In this document: positions 41,406 through 44,926 of the stretch, piece after piece | Layout: each line of letters starts with the position of its first letter | Position numbering within the stretch: the first letter of the stretch is position 1 | Origin: an uncultured Gammaproteobacteria bacterium | GTDB taxonomy: Bacteria > Patescibacteriota > Patescibacteriia > UBA9934 > GWF2-40-263 | Length of the DNA: 44,926 nucleotides | Assembly (NCBI GenBank): GCA_964471375.1 | Contig: CAYYFM010000073.1 | Location: 1-44,926 of the forward strand | Direction: 5' to 3' | Notes under the pieces: generated by a model | Database searches by the model: none | The model's input: the letters and a program-made list of their open reading frames with translations, nothing else | Told to the model about the DNA's origin: nothing | Translations under genes and position numbers: made by a program

Positions 41406-41855
41406 TTATTCCACCAATACCACGTCATCTTCGCCGACAAGCGACCCAATAAATACAAGTTTATTCCCCGAATTTTCATTGTGAACAAGTCGAATCGTCT
41501 CTCCGTCATCTGCTTCGTAATCGGCAAAAGCGTAGCGTTCGTCGCTTTCGATTTGTGCATCGCCTTCCACAGAAGTTACAGACCCAACATCTTCATAGCT
41601 AAATTCGAAATCTTTTCCGGCATAGCCGACCGTTTCATTCTCCGGTTCAACTTCCTCATCAAGCATACGGAAATACGTCAGCTCTTCGTCATCTGGCGAA
41701 ACGCTTATCATCCCTCCATTTGAACTAAACAGCCAATACCGCGCTTCTCCACCCTCAAGCTCAATCGTGGCTTTGCCAGAAAAAGTAAATGGTTCGTTCG
41801 CAACCATGAGTTCTGCATTTTGAAGGACGTTGGAGAGTAAGTCTTTTATTTTCAT
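41406..41855 (-). CDS. small acidic protein, possibly DUF4178-like
   Basis: 149 aa. The pattern ..EARYWLFSSNGGMISVSPDD.. GYAGKDFEFSYEDVGSVTSVEGDA ..YAFADYEADDGETI is reminiscent of DUF4178 (recollection). Confidence 0.4.
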   Translation of the reverse strand: MKIKDLLSNVLQNAELMVANEPFTFSGKATIELEGGEARYWLFSSNGGMISVSPDDEELTYFRMLDEEVEPENETVGYAGKDFEFSYEDVGSVTSVEGDAQIESDERYAFADYEADDGETIRLVHNENSGNKLVFIGSLVGEDDVVLVE

Positions 41856-41909
41856 AGAGAAAAGGAACTATTACGAATAACAAATCGGATTATACAGGAC
41901 AGGCGTGGA

Positions 41910-41938
41910 TTGACAAGACCGTGTTTTTGTGCTATAGT
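41910..41938 (+). promoter_or_regulatory. near-consensus extended -10 promoter TTGACA-17nt-(TGc)TATAGT
   Basis: TTGACA at 41910-41915 and TATAGT at 41933-41938, preceded by TGC. Confidence 0.55.
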
Positions 41939-42021
41939 AATGATCCGATTCTGCGCTCATTTCCGAGCACAAATCGTCTGCCCAATCCCGGGTATCGTTG
42001 AATTTTCCTGGAGTTTTCATC

Positions 42022-42720
42022 ATGGAAGCAGTTCCTCTGTACAAGGGGTTCGCCCCTGTCGTTTTGAACGAAGAATTCGAAGCGTTGATCAATGGCCAGA
42101 CGGCCAAGTACGAGTACAACGTTCCGACCAAAGGAACGGACATCCTCCACGTTGCAGCTTACGTGCTTCACAAGTGGGAAAATGCAGTTGTGCGAACCAA
42201 CTCCGGCATCACGTTCACCGAAATGCCTGCCAAGGGAAACGCTCCTGCATACATTTTCGCGAAGGCTCACGGCATGGCGATCCATCTCTCGAGTGGCCTG
42301 AAGCCGAACGAGCTGATCGGGCCTGTAACCGTCGAACTTCGCGTGAAGGTAGCCGAGCCGACGAACCGCCCCGAGTTCGATGAGGAAACGGGTGAAGAAA
42401 ACGTCGTCAAGCGTAGTTACGAATTCGTACTCGAGATTTCGCCCGGAACGAGTTCGGAGAAGACGGGAAACCTCTTCATCGAGCGTGCCGGAGCACCCGA
42501 CGCTGTCGTCCTCAACGCCAACCGCAACCTGTGGGTCAACCGCGGGGTGTGCGTGAAAGCGGTTCCGGACGGATACGTTCCGCCGACCAAGACTGAACTT
42601 CGGGAACGGGCTGAAGAGCGCGGACGCGGACGAGACGATTTCGGACACGACCGCAACCGCTACGGCGAGTTCGGCAGTCGAGGAGGACGGGGCGGATACG
42701 GTGGTTCCAACCGCTGGTAG
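42022..42720 (+). CDS. hypothetical protein (232 aa, GC-rich) with an RGG/Gly-Arg-rich C-terminal tail
   Basis: ATG 42022 lies 8 nt after GGAG. The tail is RGRGRDDFGHDRNRYGEFGSRGGRGGYGGSNRW. A strong terminator follows. The long antisense shadow ORF (41932-42894) fits high GC. No family recognised. Confidence 0.65.
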   Translation: MEAVPLYKGFAPVVLNEEFEALINGQTAKYEYNVPTKGTDILHVAAYVLHKWENAVVRTNSGITFTEMPAKGNAPAYIFAKAHGMAIHLSSGLKPNELIGPVTVELRVKVAEPTNRPEFDEETGEENVVKRSYEFVLEISPGTSSEKTGNLFIERAGAPDAVVLNANRNLWVNRGVCVKAVPDGYVPPTKTELRERAEERGRGRDDFGHDRNRYGEFGSRGGRGGYGGSNRW

Positions 42721-42748
42721 CCGACCGTCAGTAGTCAAGGAGTCTCTG

Positions 42749-42804
42749 ACCCCCTGACGCAAGACACCCTTCGGGGCAGCTCTGCGTTGGGGGGTGTTTT
42801 GTTT
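42749..42804 (+). terminator. rho-independent terminator (13-bp stem, inner CCC-UUCG-GGG) plus T-run
   Basis: ACCCCCTGACGCA (42749-42761) pairs with TGCGTTGGGGGGT (42783-42795), followed by GTTTTGTTT. Confidence 0.7.
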
Positions 42805-42840
42805 CGGTCCGACGTACGTCGAACCTCTTCTGCGAATAAC

Positions 42841-42958
42841 AATGAGCTGCGAATAACAAATCGATACAAATTCTACAAATGCAACAAATGGCAACGAATA
42901 TATGTAGCAATTCGTAGTATTTGTTGAATTTGTAGCGATTTGTTATTCGCAGCTCATT
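42841..42958. repeat. 118-bp element with ~40-bp near-perfect terminal inverted repeats (CGAATAACAAATCG words)
   Basis: The left arm is aatgagctgcgaataacaaatcgatacaaattctacaaat (42841-42880). The right arm (42919-42958) is its reverse complement with 2 mismatches. Partial copies of CGAATAACAAATCG lie at 41874-41887 and about 42832. Confidence 0.8.
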
Positions 42959-43022
42959 GACTCCGACTGATTTTCTTGCTACACTGATCGGTCGTTTCTT
43001 TTTCACGACAACAGGAGAAAGC

Positions 43023-44030
43023 ATGGGTCCTTTGAAACCCAGAAAACGGATTATTGTCACGCATATTCCGGAACATGCCGACGAGATGTTGGCGGAATGG
43101 ATTTTTCGGAAGTACGGTCAACGACGGTTTGCGTGGGATGAGCGTAATCCTTTACAAACGCTCTATGCAACGTCGGATGAGGAAGCTCTTTCCTTCATTG
43201 GTGGTCGCGAGGCGGAGTGTATCGTGATCGGCATGCTTGGGTACGATTACAAAGGACCGAAAGATCTTCGTGTCTTTGACGAGCACGGCAAGGAAGGTCG
43301 TATGCCAAACACGACATCTGCAGACCTCGTCGCCCAATACCTCGGTGTCAGCCATCTTCCAGAACTAAAAATGTTGCTCGAGGAAATCCGAAAAGCGGAC
43401 ACACAGCCAGGACAGCAACATCTCGAACTTGGCCAGCTTCTCAAAGTGATGGCGGGCTATGGAACGTTGCATGTCGACGAGATGACATTGTTCATCTTCG
43501 CTGCGTTCGATGCATACCACGCGCGAGCCGTTGAATTCAACGAAACGTGTGCAAGTGAGTTTCAGAAACACGGAGTGGTAGAAACGCTGAACGGGTTCAA
43601 AATCGCATTCGTTCAAAGTGACCTGCGTTCCATGAACGGCTGGTGTCGTAGCAAAAAAGGTGCAGACATCATCGTGCAGATGAGGCAGAACGGTTCTGTA
43701 CAGATGTTCATTCGGACAACGGAACGAAATAAAGCGGGTGTGTGTGCCGTTGCACGTGCGATCGTCAAGGCCGAATTTGACCACGCCGCAAACCTAGACG
43801 TGGAACTGGAAGACTTGATGGAACAGTTCGGGAAGATCGTCACATCAGGAAAAGGCCGCGATCTTCCTGGAGCCGAACACTGGTACTACTTCCACGAAGC
43901 CGGACAGTTACTCAACGGCTCCACCACACATCCGAACATCAGGCCAACGGAACTATCACGTTTTGAAATCGCCCGCGCCGTTCGGAAAGGACTGTCGTCG
44001 ATCCCTCCGCTGACCAAAACCACTCAGTAG
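43023..44030 (+). CDS. hypothetical protein, possibly a distant MYG1/DHH-superfamily phosphoesterase-like protein
   Basis: ATG lies after an AGGAGA SD. IIVTHIPEHADEML and GMLGYDYKGPKDLRVFDEHGKEG resemble the THxGxFHxDE and DVGGxYD..RFDHHQ motifs I recall from MYG1/UPF0160 proteins. Unverified. Confidence 0.55.
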   Translation: MGPLKPRKRIIVTHIPEHADEMLAEWIFRKYGQRRFAWDERNPLQTLYATSDEEALSFIGGREAECIVIGMLGYDYKGPKDLRVFDEHGKEGRMPNTTSADLVAQYLGVSHLPELKMLLEEIRKADTQPGQQHLELGQLLKVMAGYGTLHVDEMTLFIFAAFDAYHARAVEFNETCASEFQKHGVVETLNGFKIAFVQSDLRSMNGWCRSKKGADIIVQMRQNGSVQMFIRTTERNKAGVCAVARAIVKAEFDHAANLDVELEDLMEQFGKIVTSGKGRDLPGAEHWYYFHEAGQLLNGSTTHPNIRPTELSRFEIARAVRKGLSSIPPLTKTTQ

Positions 44031-44047
44031 TCTGAGTGGTATTTTTT
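44019..44047 (+). terminator. rho-independent terminator (stop codon in the loop)
   Basis: ACCACTCAG-tagt-CTGAGTGGT followed by a T6 run. Confidence 0.7.
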
Positions 44048-44585
44048 ATCTCCTATACAAAAACAACTTCGACTTCCCTTCCACTTCATCCACCACCGAT
44101 GGCTCCCAGCCTTCGATGGGCCAGACATACGTGACAACGCGGGTGCCAGGACGGAGTTCTGCTTCGAGTTTTGGTCGGATTTTTTCGTACGTTTCTGGCA
44201 TGAGAAACATGTACACTGCGTCTGCGTCGCGTAAGTTGTATTGAAAGGCGTTTGCGAGGACGAATCGGACGTTCCATGTTCGCAGCATAACACGACGGAT
44301 ATTTGCGATGAGATATTGCAAAAGAGAAAGCTCGACTCCTACCAGATTGCAATTCCTAGGGACTTTAGTCCCATCAGATCCGGACGCCACTAAAGTGGCT
44401 AGGAACATGGAAACTCTTCCATCCCCACATCCAAGCTCCACAAATTTTTCTCCATCCTGAAGCGCAAGCAATTTCTTCAAACGATCAATATCCCCCCGAA
44501 ATGTCGGCACCCAAGGCGCCCCTGATGCCGAGGCGTAGGCAAGGGAAAAAAGTAGAATAAAAAAAATGATCCAAACGAATGTCAT
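44046..44585 (-). CDS. class I SAM-dependent methyltransferase with an N-terminal TM/signal segment
   Basis: SAM motif I VELGCGDGRV. A 53-bp palindromic element is read in frame as FLATLVASGSDGTKVPRN directly after motif I. Confidence 0.75.
   Translation of the reverse strand: MTFVWIIFFILLFSLAYASASGAPWVPTFRGDIDRLKKLLALQDGEKFVELGCGDGRVSMFLATLVASGSDGTKVPRNCNLVGVELSLLQYLIANIRRVMLRTWNVRFVLANAFQYNLRDADAVYMFLMPETYEKIRPKLEAELRPGTRVVTYVWPIEGWEPSVVDEVEGKSKLFLYRR
44353..44405. repeat. double-hairpin palindromic element, 53 bp (type copy), inside the methyltransferase gene
   Basis: TTCCTAG-GGACTTTAGTCC-catcagatccggacg-CCACTAAAGTGG-CTAGGAA. Confidence 0.9.
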
Positions 44586-44589
44586 AAAA

Positions 44590-44665
44590 TGGTCGGGCTG
44601 GCGGGATTTGAACCCACGGCCTCTTCGTCCCGAACGAAGCGCGCTACCATCTGCGCCACAGCCCG
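44590..44665 (-). tRNA. tRNA-Pro (anticodon CGG), CCA encoded
   Basis: The reverse complement CGGGCTGTGGCGCAGATGGTAGCGCGCTTCGTTCGGGACGAAGAGGCCGTGGGTTCAAATCCCGCCAGCCCGACCA folds as a cloverleaf: a 7-bp acceptor stem, GCGC D stem, CTTCG/CGAAG anticodon stem with loop TTCGGGA, and T arm GTGGG-TTCAAAT-CCCGC. Confidence 0.9.
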
Positions 44666-44706
44666 ATTAATTATTGATTGAAATGTTTATCACATCTGTG
44701 TATTCA

Positions 44707-44845
44707 GACGCCACTATATTCTGAACGCCACTAAAGTGGCTAGGAAATGTTCCTAGGGACTTTAGTCCCGTCTGGTTCTGAACGCCACTCCCACCGACGC
44801 TAAAGCTTTGGTGGGTAAAAAAGTGGCTAGGAAATGTTCTTTGGG
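44707..44845. repeat. cluster of palindromic elements next to tRNA-Pro, including a nested CCCACC..GGTGGG insertion
   Basis: GACGCCACT.., GAACGCCACTAAAGTGGCTAGGAA-atg-TTCCTAGGGACTTTAGTCCCGTC, and GAACGCCACT[CCCACCgacgctaaagctttGGTGGGtaaaaa]AGTGGCTAGGAA. Confidence 0.9.
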
Positions 44846-44926
44846 ATAATACTTCAACTTATTTCAGTAGTCCAGCCCCTCTCTTGCCTTCACACCTGAA
44901 TAAAAATAATGCTTTCGGAGTTTCAT

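Noticed and set aside
41932-42894. 320-aa ORF on the minus strand.
   Set aside because: It is an antisense shadow of the GC-rich 42022-42720 gene. It runs through that gene's promoter and terminator and into the inverted-repeat element, with no SD or promoter of its own.
42957-43022. Longer N-terminus for the 43023-44030 gene.
   Set aside because: It starts at a non-ATG codon inside the inverted-repeat arm. The AGGAGA SD sits directly in front of ATG 43023.
1-44926. Alternative genetic code (UGA or UAG recoding), as seen in some candidate phyla.
   Set aside because: Conserved housekeeping proteins (MetG, PepA, FtsI, MurF, RlmN) are full length under the standard code and end at normal stops. 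No in-frame stops interrupt recognisable domains.
44880-44926. Gene start at the right edge (CAT at 44924-44926 on the minus strand).
   Set aside because: Translating leftwards gives only about 20 codons before a stop (MKLRKHYFYSGVKAREGLDY*), so it is not a credible gene.

Overview
The window looks like a 44.9-kb chromosomal segment of a small-genome bacterium. It may be CPR/Patescibacteria-like, judging from gene content and cohesin-type surface proteins, but that is unverified inference. The standard genetic code fits: long ORFs terminate normally. All protein family calls rest on motif recognition by eye; no searches were run.

Most genes are housekeeping genes on the minus strand:
- tatD, cvpA-like, metG, rsmI
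- a sod/peroxiredoxin/glutaredoxin/ferredoxin redox group
- pepA, rlmN, rplJ-rplL, tsaB-like
- murF-ftsI, and tRNA-Pro(CGG)

Four things stand out.
1. A dense population of small palindromic repeats.
   - One double-hairpin family (core ACTAAAGT/ACTTTAGT, with compensatory stem changes) is read through in frame inside tatD (twice), rlmN, murF, a methyltransferase and a cohesin gene. It also supplies the stop codon, and probably the start codon, of rsmI. This resembles the RPEs (Rickettsia palindromic elements).
   - A second family (GGCTCTAAGAGCC hairpins) flanks a REP-associated tyrosine transposase (RAYT-like) gene.
   - A third family (CATTGCGAG..GCAATC) sits in frame in the tail of a giant gene.
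   - Many intergenic regions are long hairpins built from short repeated words.
2. A ~13-kb translationally coupled minus-strand operon (29033 down to 15701), preceded by a processive GT2 glycan synthase gene.
   - It encodes a 2592-aa repetitive fibre-like surface protein whose C-terminal region recalls a phage tailspike chaperone/autoprocessing domain.
   - It also encodes a membrane anchor, a dockerin protein with a 20-Gly tract, and three membrane-anchored cohesin-domain paralogs.
3. Several visibly GC-richer gene modules of unknown function with their own consensus promoters and terminators: 1-1754, 12471-14761, 41890-42805 and 43023-44047.
   - One sits next to REPs and a truncated transposase remnant.
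   - Another is bracketed by direct repeats.
4. A ~270-nt GC-rich, hairpin-dense non-coding stretch between convergent redox genes (about 7980-8250). It is a candidate for an unclassified structured RNA.
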